Part shown: positions 8,914 through 17,943 of the stretch, piece by piece | Position numbering within the stretch: position 1 is the first letter of the stretch | Layout of the letters: each line of letters opens with the position of its first letter | IMG/VR virus record: IMGVR_UViG_3300028392_000036 | Coordinates: 78,902-142,901 of that record | Length of the DNA: 64,000 nt | Reading direction: 5' to 3' (one strand) | Source of the DNA: a virus | Position numbers and translations under genes: made by a program | Notes under the pieces: model-generated | What the model was told of the DNA's origin: nothing | The model's input: only the letters and a program-made list of their open reading frames with translations | The model's database searches: none

Positions 8914-9504
8914 ATGCCAAACTTAGTACCTATTGTACTTGAACAAACAGCCAAAGGCGAACGCAGTTACGACATCTATAGCCGATTGCTAAAAGACCGT
9001 GTGATCATGCTGGACACAGAAGTGTCGGAACACACAGCCAGTTTACTGGTGGCACAGATGCTGTTTTTAGAAAGCGAAAATCCCGACAAGGATATCTCCC
9101 TATATATCAACTCGCCGGGCGGATCAGTAACAGCCGGTATGGCCATCTATGATACCATGCAGTTTATCCGGTGTGATGTGCAGACCATTGTGATGGGACA
9201 GGCCTGCTCCATGGGAAGTCTGCTAAGTACAGCAGGAGCCGCGGGCAAGCGTATGATTTTGCCCAATGCCCGACACATGATTCACCAACCATCAGGTGGT
9301 GCTCATGGACAAGCCACAGACATCCAAATCCAAGCAAGAGAAATTCAAAAGATGAAAGAGTATCTTACCAACATCTATGTCAAGCATAATTCAGCAGGTA
9401 AAACCTTTGGGCAGTTATCAGCAGATATGGAACGTGATTTCTTTATGTCAGCACAAGAAGCCTTGGACTATGGATTGGTAGACAAGATACTCGATAAACG
9501 TTAA
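8914..9504 (+). CDS. clpP: ATP-dependent Clp protease proteolytic subunit
   Basis: [44 protein letters not shown]; AAGGAG RBS. Confidence 0.97.
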   Translation: MPNLVPIVLEQTAKGERSYDIYSRLLKDRVIMLDTEVSEHTASLLVAQMLFLESENPDKDISLYINSPGGSVTAGMAIYDTMQFIRCDVQTIVMGQACSMGSLLSTAGAAGKRMILPNARHMIHQPSGGAHGQATDIQIQAREIQKMKEYLTNIYVKHNSAGKTFGQLSADMERDFFMSAQEALDYGLVDKILDKR

Positions 9505-10769
9505 TGAGCCTAAAAGATAATTTTTGCCCAAGTCCTTGGTTCCATATGCGTATTACCAATAATGGTGGTATGACCTATTGCCGTTGGGCAGACAAAAATG
9601 CAACAGAAGCCAACATTCGAGATGTTGATCCTCAAAGTTTTTTCCAACAACACATGGCCGGTGTACGCAAAAAAATATTGCAAGGCGAACCAGTTGATGG
9701 ATGTAAGAGTTGTTATCTCATGGAATGCCACAACAAGGTCAGTGGTAGACAAAAACAACTGCTCAAAATTGGTGTGCGTGTTGAACAGTTCGAAAAGACT
9801 CTGGCTTCGAGTCCTTGGGTTGATACATTTGCATCGCAGGAATTCTCACAGTCGCCACAAGATTGGCAAATAGACCTTGGCAATCACTGTAACAGTGCTT
9901 GTATTTTTTGTCACCCAAATGCCAGTTCAAGATTGGCCACGGAGTGGCAACGTATAGGTTTTATTGATCAACTGCCAGCACCAAATTGGACCGATGATCC
10001 AGCTCTAGTTGATCAATTTATTACCATGCTTGAAGCAAGCCCGCACATTCAATACTTACACTTTATTGGTGGAGAGACCTTGATCACTCCGGCATTTCAA
10101 ACCATACTAGAAGCATTGATCAGGTCAGGATTAAATCACACAGCCACAATAGGATTTACTACCAATCTTATCACTTGGAATCAGCAGGTAGTTGATTTGC
10201 TATCACAATTTGCCGGCGTTAATCTTGGCATGAGTATTGAATCATTTGACTCTGTAAACGATTATGTACGTTGGCCTGCTACGGTATCAAGGACACACAA
10301 AACTCTAGACCAATGGATTGCCATAGCACAAGATCACAATTGGTTAATGCAGTTCCGTACCACTCCCACGGCACTGACCATTGACTCTTTATTGAGTGTG
10401 TACCGGTATGCCTGGGATCGATCAATAGCGATCGAAAGTTGTAATTTTTTAGATCAACCTGAGTGCATGCGTCCATCGGTGTTGCCCTTGAGTTATCGTC
10501 AATCCATAATTGATCGCATGGAATCTTGGATTGCCGAACATGGTACTGATGCTGATATCATTGTAAATACTCGAGATCCAAATGTGGCCCAACAGCAGAT
10601 ATTACAAGATCTGCAGAGCTATGTAAACTACTTGAAACATGCGCCTGATGAAAGTTTTAGATTACCTGAATTAGTAGCATATCTAAAACGCATTGAATCC
10701 AGCCGTGGCAATAGTATATTGACCTATCTACCCCAATATGAAGAACTTTTCAGAACTGCTGGCTACTGA
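9504..10769 (+). CDS. Radical SAM enzyme with N-terminal twitch/SPASM-like domain
   Basis: CNSACIFC, FIGGE, FTTN; N-terminal CPSPW...CKSC. Confidence 0.9.
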   Translation: MSLKDNFCPSPWFHMRITNNGGMTYCRWADKNATEANIRDVDPQSFFQQHMAGVRKKILQGEPVDGCKSCYLMECHNKVSGRQKQLLKIGVRVEQFEKTLASSPWVDTFASQEFSQSPQDWQIDLGNHCNSACIFCHPNASSRLATEWQRIGFIDQLPAPNWTDDPALVDQFITMLEASPHIQYLHFIGGETLITPAFQTILEALIRSGLNHTATIGFTTNLITWNQQVVDLLSQFAGVNLGMSIESFDSVNDYVRWPATVSRTHKTLDQWIAIAQDHNWLMQFRTTPTALTIDSLLSVYRYAWDRSIAIESCNFLDQPECMRPSVLPLSYRQSIIDRMESWIAEHGTDADIIVNTRDPNVAQQQILQDLQSYVNYLKHAPDESFRLPELVAYLKRIESSRGNSILTYLPQYEELFRTAGY

Positions 10770-10992
10770 GTTAAAACTAAATGTTGTTGTAAATGGTGTT
10801 GCAACCACGGCCAATTTGCATGACCGAATGATTTTTAATGCAGACGATATTGTTGCAGTTGATACTATTAAGGTATTACCACAATATCGTTATTTGGCCA
10901 CTGACGGACAGTTGACTATCGACGAGCCATTCTATAATTGGTATCACAGAATTTCAGGGCAGGGGTGGCTATTAACGCCGCATCAAGGATGA
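10738..10992 (+). CDS. Hypothetical protein
   Basis: Overlaps the radical SAM end; EPFYNWYH..SGQGWLL. Confidence 0.6.
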   Translation: MKNFSELLATELKLNVVVNGVATTANLHDRMIFNADDIVAVDTIKVLPQYRYLATDGQLTIDEPFYNWYHRISGQGWLLTPHQG

Positions 10993-11045
10993 ACTTCCCC
11001 GCCTTCACGAGCCCAGCGAAACAATGTTACGAGAGCGTCAATCAT
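10983..11045 (-). CDS. Micro-ORF, 20 aa (MIDALVTLFRWAREGGEVHP)
   Basis: Own translation; AGGA RBS; last in a small-ORF operon. Confidence 0.4.
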   Translation of the reverse strand: MIDALVTLFRWAREGGEVHP

Positions 11046-11050
11046 TGATG

Positions 11051-11140
11051 TTATCCTGCAATTACCAAATAAACAATCATGGCCGCGATGGCACAGGCTG
11101 TGAATAAAGTGTTATCAGAAACAGGCGGTTTATCGAACAT
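11051..11140 (-). CDS. Micro-ORF, 29 aa, single TM (MFDKPPVSDNTLFTACAIAAMIVYLVIAG)
   Basis: Own translation; starts 3 nt after the preceding stop. Confidence 0.55.
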   Translation of the reverse strand: MFDKPPVSDNTLFTACAIAAMIVYLVIAG

Positions 11141-11143
11141 GTT

Positions 11144-11233
11144 TTACATCCATCCATATTTGATGCGATTGCTTGCTCGCATTTGTCCGTATGCCTCTAG
11201 GTATCGCCAAATGGCTTTTAAAACTTGTTTCAT
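11144..11233 (-). CDS. Micro-ORF, 29 aa, basic amphipathic (MKQVLKAIWRYLEAYGQMRASNRIKYGWM)
   Basis: Own translation; ATGA-coupled, AGGA RBS. Confidence 0.6.
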   Translation of the reverse strand: MKQVLKAIWRYLEAYGQMRASNRIKYGWM

Positions 11234-11400
11234 ACAAAATTCCTATCTGAATTTTTATCATACTGGCGTGACCAGTATTCCACATCTGATGCGCTGGTTA
11301 TGCATTTTGTGCTTAAATACTGTTCCAAGCGTGATTGATAACCTTGCTTGGGGAACATCTCAGCAAGACGTTCGATAAATTGAATAAACATTTGTGACAT
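11230..11400 (-). CDS. Small protein, 56 aa, DUF3563-like
   Basis: Own translation MSQMFIQFIERLAEMFPKQGYQSRLEQYLSTKCITSASDVEYWSRQYD; TAAATA plus AAGGAG upstream. Confidence 0.75.
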   Translation of the reverse strand: MSQMFIQFIERLAEMFPKQGYQSRLEQYLSTKCITSASDVEYWSRQYDKNSDRNFV

Positions 11401-11451
11401 TTACTTTTCTCCTTTGCAGTATTTACCACTAAGTAGAAACCATTATATATT

Positions 11452-12525
11452 ATGAAAATCAGACTAATTGGGCACAGAAATAACCTGGGAATAGGCGTAC
11501 ATTATAAAAATTTCGCCGATGCGCTAAAACGCATGAGTTACCTGGGTGATCTAGTGGAAGAAGTCAACTGTGACAATCAAGATGATGTGTGGGACGCGGC
11601 CAAACGTAGTCGGCCTGAAGACGTCAACATAAGTTTTGTAAGCATGCCCATACACGGGCATTATCAAGGTGCTAATATACAATGGGTAGTTTTTGAAAGT
11701 ACTCGAGTACCGCCCACAATAATGAGCACAATGCTAGCCGCTGACCAAGTGTGGGTTCCTAGCGAGTGGGGCAGAAAAGTCTTGATTGACAACGGTGCTG
11801 AAGCTGATCGATGCTGGATCATGCCCGAGGGTGTTGATGCACACAAGTACCATCCTTACAACCCGCGAGTTGAATCCTCTGTCATGAGCTATCTCATTAC
11901 CGGCAAATACGAACTGAGAAAAAGCATTATAGAAACAATAGTTGCCTGGGTTCAAGAATTTGGCAACGACCCTGGAGTGGAACTGATTGTCAAAAGCAAT
12001 CATTTTGCCAACCAAGTAGAAAAGTACAACGAACTCTCCAACTGGTTGGGGTCTACAGGCATCAACAATGTTCGTGTGTTATGGGGTGCGATCCCCGAAG
12101 CTGACTTGGTGGACCTGTATCAACAGAGTCATGTGTTTGTTCTACCCAGCAAAGGTGAAGGTTGGGGCTTGCCCTTGATCGAAGCCGCCGCAGTGGGACT
12201 GCCCATTATCACAACCATGTACAGTGCCCAAACAGAATTTCTACAACATATTACTTCAAGTGTGATCGCCGTGGAATATGATCCGATTCCTATTGCCTGT
12301 GCAGAATATCAATACTTCTATCCCACCGAGGATGGCAACTGGGGGCAGTGGGTGCAACCCAGAGTTGACAGCATACGAACCGCTTTGAGAACTGTCCGCG
12401 ACAACTACAGCATACTCAGTGAACAGGCTCGGATCAACAGCGAAATCATACGCAGGGATTTTAGTTGGGACCAATGTGCATTTCGTGTTGTGCAAACACT
12501 ACACAAACAGGGCTTGATAAAGTAA
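11452..12525 (+). CDS. Glycosyltransferase family 4 (GT-B)
   Basis: VWVPSEW, RKS, FVLPSKGEGWGLPLIEAAAVGLPII. Confidence 0.92.
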   Translation: MKIRLIGHRNNLGIGVHYKNFADALKRMSYLGDLVEEVNCDNQDDVWDAAKRSRPEDVNISFVSMPIHGHYQGANIQWVVFESTRVPPTIMSTMLAADQVWVPSEWGRKVLIDNGAEADRCWIMPEGVDAHKYHPYNPRVESSVMSYLITGKYELRKSIIETIVAWVQEFGNDPGVELIVKSNHFANQVEKYNELSNWLGSTGINNVRVLWGAIPEADLVDLYQQSHVFVLPSKGEGWGLPLIEAAAVGLPIITTMYSAQTEFLQHITSSVIAVEYDPIPIACAEYQYFYPTEDGNWGQWVQPRVDSIRTALRTVRDNYSILSEQARINSEIIRRDFSWDQCAFRVVQTLHKQGLIK

Positions 12526-12553
12526 TACTCAAGTATTACATAAAAAGTACTAC
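12522..12553. promoter_or_regulatory. Palindromic operator (copy 2) plus an extra half-site
   Basis: GTAATACTCAAGTATTAC 12522-12539; GTACTAC 12547-12553. Confidence 0.7.
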
Positions 12554-12563
12554 TTTTTGCTGG

Positions 12564-12592
12564 TTGACCAGAAATGCCCATTTTGCTATAAT
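12564..12592 (+). promoter_or_regulatory. Sigma70-type early promoter
   Basis: TTGACC-N17-TATAAT with TGn. Confidence 0.9.
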
Positions 12593-12624
12593 ATAGACAT
12601 AGAGTAACAAAACAGGAGTCCCAA

Positions 12625-12876
12625 ATGCGCCACGTAGCAGGATTTAGTAACAGCACCAAAATTCGTTTTATTGTCAACGGTTTTGGCATGTACGGCACCA
12701 TCAATGACATCTACACAAAAACAGCCACAGCGAGCCATGGTGCGGCTCTGCGATTGGCCATCCAAAAACTGGCTTACGATCGTCGCCACAGTAGTTTTAC
12801 TGGTGACGGCCGCCCAGTGGGTGTCGGCATCACCCACGAGGGACATGACGTTCAAATCACCTTGATGGCCAATTGA
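12625..12876 (+). CDS. Hypothetical early protein
   Basis: Own promoter and AGGAG RBS. Confidence 0.8.
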   Translation: MRHVAGFSNSTKIRFIVNGFGMYGTINDIYTKTATASHGAALRLAIQKLAYDRRHSSFTGDGRPVGVGITHEGHDVQITLMAN

Positions 12877-12882
12877 TTTTGG

Positions 12883-12911
12883 TTGACCAATATTTCCCGA
12901 TCGGTTATAAT
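12883..12911 (+). promoter_or_regulatory. Sigma70-type early promoter
   Basis: TTGACC-N17-TATAAT. Confidence 0.9.
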
Positions 12912-12940
12912 ACTTGTATAGAAACTAAAAGGAGCCCAAA

Positions 12941-13225
12941 ATGAGTCACAGTTATTATGTCGTCAGCAAAGGTTCAGGTCTTATTGTCAACGACGGTCCT
13001 AACAAAACTCGTGCATACAAAACTTTCGGTGCCGCAATGGCCACCCGTACTCGTCTTTGCCGCAAGTCAGGTTGGAACATATCTGAACTTGCTATCATAG
13101 ATACCAAAAGTTACAAACCCCGGATGGTTACCCGCACTAACATAATGACTGGCCAGGAATATCAAGAGGACGTGAATACTCCTAGATCTTGCTCGCCTAG
13201 TTCAGAACTTTTTTGGACAATGTAA
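12941..13225 (+). CDS. Hypothetical early protein
   Basis: AAGGAG RBS; C-terminal NIMTGQEY.EDVNTP.SCSPSSE.FW.M. Confidence 0.8.
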   Translation: MSHSYYVVSKGSGLIVNDGPNKTRAYKTFGAAMATRTRLCRKSGWNISELAIIDTKSYKPRMVTRTNIMTGQEYQEDVNTPRSCSPSSELFWTM

Positions 13226-13374
13226 TGGTAGATCCCAAGGACTACTGGTTTAAAATGTCGTGGACACAGCCCTATCTGGGCTGGCCCGAACCCAAACAAA
13301 AAGAAACTCCGGAACCCGAGATTACAGATCTTGCTCAGGCCCGCAAAGTGTTGGCAAGGATTATGTCACTATGA
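13225..13374 (+). CDS. Small hypothetical protein, 49 aa (not in ORF track)
   Basis: MVDPKDYWFKMSWTQPYLGWPEPK...; coupled at both ends. Confidence 0.6.
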   Translation: MVDPKDYWFKMSWTQPYLGWPEPKQKETPEPEITDLAQARKVLARIMSL

Positions 13375-13718
13375 AATGGTTTGCCGAAACTACTGATTAC
13401 AAAGATAACACACCTAATGGTGTGTACTTGTTGGATGATGGCAAGAGCAAGATGTATGCGTTCCGACCATTCGGCACAGGCACAATCAAAGTGTTCAAGA
13501 ACCCAATCCGCATTGATCTGCGTGGTCGTAAGTTTGCCATTAACTCTGTTCAATTCAAGACTGAGTTAACAGAACCTGAACCTGAAGGCCGTGTGTTTAC
13601 TGTGACCGGATCTAAAGGTGACACATATACAGTAAACGAGGTGCGTGGCTCATGGTCTTGCACCTGTTCAGGATTTCGATTTAGAGGTGAGTGTAAACAT
13701 ATTCGGGAGTTGTCATGA
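13371..13718 (+). CDS. SWIM zinc-finger protein
   Basis: V.GSKGDTYTV...WSCTCSGF.FRGECKH. Confidence 0.8.
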   Translation: MKWFAETTDYKDNTPNGVYLLDDGKSKMYAFRPFGTGTIKVFKNPIRIDLRGRKFAINSVQFKTELTEPEPEGRVFTVTGSKGDTYTVNEVRGSWSCTCSGFRFRGECKHIRELS

Positions 13719-14023
13719 AATCTATTTTGGCCATTGCATTGTTAGCACTGAGTGGCTGTGCTACCAGTCAAACACCCAATCCTGCTTACAATATTCAATT
13801 TGAAGCACAACCCAACCTGCCGGAAAAAAGCATACGCTGGGTGGTGATAGAAGACGTCAGTAGATTTTGTCAGGCCAAAATGCCCTTGCTAGGCAACCAA
13901 CGGGTGTTGGCCTGTTCAGAATACAACAACCGTTCCTGTACAATATACACCGGACGTGTCACTGACATGGCCATCGTGGGACACGAAATACGGCATTGCT
14001 TTGAAGGTGCGTGGCACCGATAA
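13715..14023 (+). CDS. Lipoprotein with HExxH motif (mini-zincin-like)
   Basis: Lipobox LSGC; GHEIRHCFEGAWH. Confidence 0.7.
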   Translation: MKSILAIALLALSGCATSQTPNPAYNIQFEAQPNLPEKSIRWVVIEDVSRFCQAKMPLLGNQRVLACSEYNNRSCTIYTGRVTDMAIVGHEIRHCFEGAWHR

Positions 14024-14024
14024 T

Positions 14025-15314
14025 TTAGAAAACTTGTTTCCAGCCGTCAACAGTTTTAGTCCACACTTTGTTGACTGTGGTCCATGTGTTTGCGGAGGTT
14101 TTGATTTTGATACTTTGAACTGGACTCCAGGTATTGCTTGCTGTTTTGACTCGTAAACCTGCAGTTGTAACTGCTTGATAGGTTTGTACACCATTGGCTT
14201 GTGATCCAAGCCCGGTTACAGGATCCCAGCCTGCGGTAGCGGCGTATCCATCCGGAATTTCATACGCATTATTACCATAAATTATATCATAAAAAGAACT
14301 GTAATTAGAATAAAATATTTTGGCTAGTGAGTTAGGGGGTGGTCGACGACCCCCATTTTTTGATATAAATCTAGCCATCATACCAGCCATAATGGGCGTA
14401 GCCGCACTGGTTCCTGCTATTCCAGACACTACAGCACCATTAAGATAAAATGCATATGATTGATATGGAGCGGCTATGTCAGGAATTCCGCGCCTAGGTA
14501 GTGCGGTTACTGGGCCAGTTATCCCAGTTGAACTATTATATGTTTGATATTTTTTTCCTATTTGTTGAGAAGGTATATTGATAATAGAACTTATGCCACC
14601 TCCAGACGGTGCGGCAGCCACCTCCGGATTAATTCTTGCATTATACTGATTTACATTTAATATTGTTCCGCCTACTGCTATCACATTGGCATTTGATGAT
14701 GGGTAGTTTACACCTTCAACATTAGTAAATTTTTGTTTTGACCCAGCATCACCAGTTGAGTTAAACACAGATATTCCTTGGGCGACTGCATTGGCTATTG
14801 GTACTGAAAGAAAGTCGCCAAGTCCTCCGTAGTTCTCATTGACTGACCAACTTTGGGTTATTACATCGCACCCGTCTGCTATAGCCGCATTGTAAATATT
14901 TGCCCACCTGTTTGCGAACTCGGAGTATGTTGATGCACTCAGCGGAGTTCCTATATAGATGTTTATAGTAGCATTTGGTACCATACCTGCTATACAGAAA
15001 ATATCTAAAGTATTTTCTGTACTAGCACCATCATTTGGATCAAAATTATTAGTTGCACCATTAACTGATTTAAAATTAATAGTAGGCGCGGTAATTCCTA
15101 AATCGGCCATTGATTTGTTTATGTCACTTTGTAGAAAACCGCCACCTAGACTCAGTATGCCAATCTTAACCCCTGCACCAGTGCTTGTGGGTATGTTGTA
15201 TGCTGTAGCAATCTGAGAAGGAATAAAATTCCCTGGCGCCGGAAGACTAGTTACATCAGGATCATATGATCCAAACTCCGTAATGTCTGGCTTAGGTAAA
15301 AATTCTAATTCCAT
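14025..15314 (-). CDS. S53 (sedolisin/kumamolisin) serine peptidase with a virion-type C-terminal module
   Basis: ENTLD, QSWS, STGDAG, AVGGT, RGIPD, GTSAATP, GWDPVTGLGS; no prodomain. Confidence 0.9.
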   Translation of the reverse strand: MELEFLPKPDITEFGSYDPDVTSLPAPGNFIPSQIATAYNIPTSTGAGVKIGILSLGGGFLQSDINKSMADLGITAPTINFKSVNGATNNFDPNDGASTENTLDIFCIAGMVPNATINIYIGTPLSASTYSEFANRWANIYNAAIADGCDVITQSWSVNENYGGLGDFLSVPIANAVAQGISVFNSTGDAGSKQKFTNVEGVNYPSSNANVIAVGGTILNVNQYNARINPEVAAAPSGGGISSIINIPSQQIGKKYQTYNSSTGITGPVTALPRRGIPDIAAPYQSYAFYLNGAVVSGIAGTSAATPIMAGMMARFISKNGGRRPPPNSLAKIFYSNYSSFYDIIYGNNAYEIPDGYAATAGWDPVTGLGSQANGVQTYQAVTTAGLRVKTASNTWSPVQSIKIKTSANTWTTVNKVWTKTVDGWKQVF

Positions 15315-15316
15315 AA

Positions 15317-16270
15317 TCAGAACGTCTGATACCAGATATCACCAATGTTACCTTGATTATCAAGTGGCGCCGCACTTGCTACCCAAATTTGCCTAGCAAC
15401 ATTGCTCATTACTGCTTTATTGGTTCCAGTTTGAAATTGACTCGCGGTCATTGCACCCAACGCAGACACAGTGCTCGAAGTTACAATGTTACCAGTGACA
15501 TTTAAATTTCCACCTGTGGTTATGTTGTTGGCAGTTACTAGAGCGGCAAATACAGTACCAGTAGTGCTAAAATTTCCACCTGACACATTGCCTCCAACAC
15601 TAACTGTATTAGGTGTAAAGGTACCTGATATTGATAAATTTTGTGCGGCTATATTACCGCCTGCCGATATTGATCCAGCAGTCCGCAAGTTGCCACCTGA
15701 AACATTTCCGGTAACTGAAGCATTACTACCCACATTCAAATTAGTAGTTACTATTGAATTACCTTGTACAGTACCCGACGTTAAAATTGTGCCAGTTGTA
15801 GTAATATTACCCGCGGTTATATTGCCTGATGCGGTAATAGTTGATGGAGATAAGACGCCAGTATAAGTTGGCAAGTAAGCCGCAACATTAGAGTTGGTAT
15901 AAGAACTACCAGCACTGATACCAGTCAGTTGTGAGCCATTGCCAAAAAAGTAGGTGCCCGTAACTGTTCCTGCTGATGATATTAGTCCTCTAGAAATTAA
16001 GTTACCACCAGTGACATTTCCAGTGGTTGAAACAACTGAAGGAGTATAACTTCCCCCGTTTATGTTACCACCAACTGTTATGTTGCCTGAAGCACTGATA
16101 TTTTGGATTGTTAGGTTTCTACTTCCAACTATGTTTCCGCCCGAAGTGAAAGATTGGGTAGCAGTGATATTTCCACCATATACTTCCGCTCCTGACACAT
16201 AAGTTCGAGCACTAACGAATGTAGCGGCAGTAACAGAGCTTTGGGATTGTACATTGGGAAATGATGACAT
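15317..16270 (-). CDS. Tail-fibre-like Gly/Asn/Thr repeat protein
   Basis: GNITGGN-type repeats, GNGSQLTG, C-terminal GNIGDIWYQ; TAAATA plus AAGGA. Confidence 0.75.
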   Translation of the reverse strand: MSSFPNVQSQSSVTAATFVSARTYVSGAEVYGGNITATQSFTSGGNIVGSRNLTIQNISASGNITVGGNINGGSYTPSVVSTTGNVTGGNLISRGLISSAGTVTGTYFFGNGSQLTGISAGSSYTNSNVAAYLPTYTGVLSPSTITASGNITAGNITTTGTILTSGTVQGNSIVTTNLNVGSNASVTGNVSGGNLRTAGSISAGGNIAAQNLSISGTFTPNTVSVGGNVSGGNFSTTGTVFAALVTANNITTGGNLNVTGNIVTSSTVSALGAMTASQFQTGTNKAVMSNVARQIWVASAAPLDNQGNIGDIWYQTF

Positions 16271-16300
16271 ACGCGGTCCTTTATTATATTTATGCGGCCA

Positions 16301-16325
16301 CAAGAAAGCCCCTTTCGGGGCTTTC
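16301..16325 (-). terminator. Rho-independent terminator
   Basis: Minus strand GAAAGCCCC-GAAA-GGGGCTTTC-TT. Confidence 0.75.
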
Positions 16326-16330
16326 ATTTT

Positions 16331-16558
16331 TTACGCTTGGTCTACAAACTTTTTGAGTTCTTCGGCCTTGCTCACAATGTCCGTGCTAGTGGGAAAACTA
16401 GGCATGGTCGGGTAAGGTAGCGTACCGCGATTGGCATCGTTCAGCTTGGAATGATATTCGTCGCTTAGTGCTACTCGGGTTTGGTGTACTGGCGTAACTA
16501 GAATTTCGTTAGCCATTTTGAGAAGTTCGAGACGGATCTCGTAAGGTGTTTTGCTCAT
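16331..16558 (-). CDS. Small conserved phage protein (TPYEIRLELLKMA family)
   Basis: AGGAG RBS, structured leader, downstream terminator. Confidence 0.8.
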   Translation of the reverse strand: MSKTPYEIRLELLKMANEILVTPVHQTRVALSDEYHSKLNDANRGTLPYPTMPSFPTSTDIVSKAEELKKFVDQA

Positions 16559-16629
16559 GTTTTTCTCCTGTGTATGTGTGTGTCGTTCAAGTCCCGCCCT
16601 ATGCAGGACAAGATTGCTACACGAGCGTA

Positions 16630-17061
16630 TTACTTATAGATGTAGTTGACAGTATCAGAATTTTCGCGGTAGATGCCGGCACCATTTTTCAAATGGAAAC
16701 GCTTGGCCATCTCGGTCTTGGGACTGAGTGTAACGTAGGTATCAATGTCCGGAAATTCCGCTTTGATTGATTCTTGAGCCCGAACAATCAGTTCGCGCCC
16801 TGCGCCTGCGGCATATGACCAAATGGTGTAGAATACCGCGGTTTTGGCACTGCCCACCAACTCCACCAAGTCGTCCACAGCCGCTGGAATCCCATCCAAA
16901 AACTTCACACAAGTGATTGCTCGGGTTTGGTCACCGTCTTTGAGCATGTATATTCGGCTGTTGGAGTTGACTCTTTGGTCAGCAGGTATCTCAGGGCGCA
17001 CTGGGTCGTCCTTTAGGAGATTAACAATTTCGTCAGTAATACTTGTGATGGTGTGTAACAT
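16630..17061 (-). CDS. GNAT-fold protein resembling the malonyl-CoA decarboxylase core
   Basis: TAVFYTIWS..GAGRELI...EFPDIDTYVTLSP. Confidence 0.55.
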   Translation of the reverse strand: MLHTITSITDEIVNLLKDDPVRPEIPADQRVNSNSRIYMLKDGDQTRAITCVKFLDGIPAAVDDLVELVGSAKTAVFYTIWSYAAGAGRELIVRAQESIKAEFPDIDTYVTLSPKTEMAKRFHLKNGAGIYRENSDTVNYIYK

Positions 17062-17129
17062 ATCTACGCTCTTTATATGCTGGCAACGATGTTGCAAACC
17101 TATTTATCAAAACTGCGTAGAAAATAAAA

Positions 17130-17471
17130 TTAGGCGTGTATCGCTCGGTACCGTGCCATGGCTCTGGCTCGGGCCACTGCCAATCTCACCTGAATATACT
17201 CAGACAACTCATCATCGGGTTGGTCGGTCGGTGGCGCCACCCGGGGTCTTCGGGGGGTACTACTACAAAGAAATTCATCATCGGGTGCATCATAAGGATC
17301 AGTTCCTTGCAACCGAATGGTAGTAAACCTATATGGATTGCTTCTCAACAGTTTGACTTTTGGCACCCGCGGTCCATGTGCTCGTAATACTGTGTGGTCA
17401 GGTGCCACAACAGGTACGTGAGCCCAGACGCCCGTGGCAACCAAAGCCACAATGATTAAAAAATATCGCAT
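17130..17471 (-). CDS. Secreted hypothetical protein
   Basis: Signal peptide MRYFLIIVALVATGVWA. Confidence 0.6.
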   Translation of the reverse strand: MRYFLIIVALVATGVWAHVPVVAPDHTVLRAHGPRVPKVKLLRSNPYRFTTIRLQGTDPYDAPDDEFLCSSTPRRPRVAPPTDQPDDELSEYIQVRLAVARARAMARYRAIHA

Positions 17472-17535
17472 ACTAGTATATAACGCCTTAGTCCTGCAAA
17501 AGGTTGACTTAGTCTGGGAATGTTGCCAAAATGTG

Positions 17536-17564
17536 TTGCGATTGTGTTACAGTTGTACTATAAT
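17536..17564 (+). promoter_or_regulatory. Sigma70-type promoter
   Basis: TTGCGA-N17-TATAAT. Confidence 0.6.
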
Positions 17565-17610
17565 ACTTAGATGCTGTACGCAACGGCTACACTTAAGAAA
17601 GGTAAAAATT

Positions 17611-17877
17611 ATGCGTTTTAATGAAGACACCAAGACTTACAAAGTCTTTTCCGCACTGCAATCTGGCGAGACATTGACTCCTGCCCAAGCTCAACACCGT
17701 TTTGGTGTTAAGAACCTCAGCGCCGAGGTCAGCCGCGTTCGCCAGGCTGGTTTCTGTGTTTATGCCAACAGCCGTGTTGCTGGTAATGGCGTGAAAGTTA
17801 CCGAGTATCAAATCGGCAAACCATCACGTAAACTTATTGCCGCAGGCTATCGCGCAATGGCACTTGGTTTGGTTTAA
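17611..17877 (+). CDS. Winged helix-turn-helix DNA-binding protein
   Basis: LQSGETLTPAQAQHRFGVKNLSAEVSRVRQAGF; GAAAGG RBS. Confidence 0.8.
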   Translation: MRFNEDTKTYKVFSALQSGETLTPAQAQHRFGVKNLSAEVSRVRQAGFCVYANSRVAGNGVKVTEYQIGKPSRKLIAAGYRAMALGLV

Positions 17878-17914
17878 TCCCGACTCGCTGTCCTAATCCC
17901 AAAGGACACTACAC

Positions 17915-17943
17915 AAAAAACCCTGCTCACGGCAGGGTTTTTT
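17915..17943. terminator. Bidirectional terminator
   Basis: A6-CCCTGC-loop-GCAGGG-T6 between convergent genes. Confidence 0.85.

Noticed and set aside
11079-11378. Plus-strand 99-aa ORF
   Set aside because: The minus strand has a promoter, a strong RBS and coupled small ORFs that explain the region
16560-16630. tRNA (contains GTTCAAGTCC)
   Set aside because: No cloverleaf with D and anticodon arms could be built; better explained as a minus-strand leader
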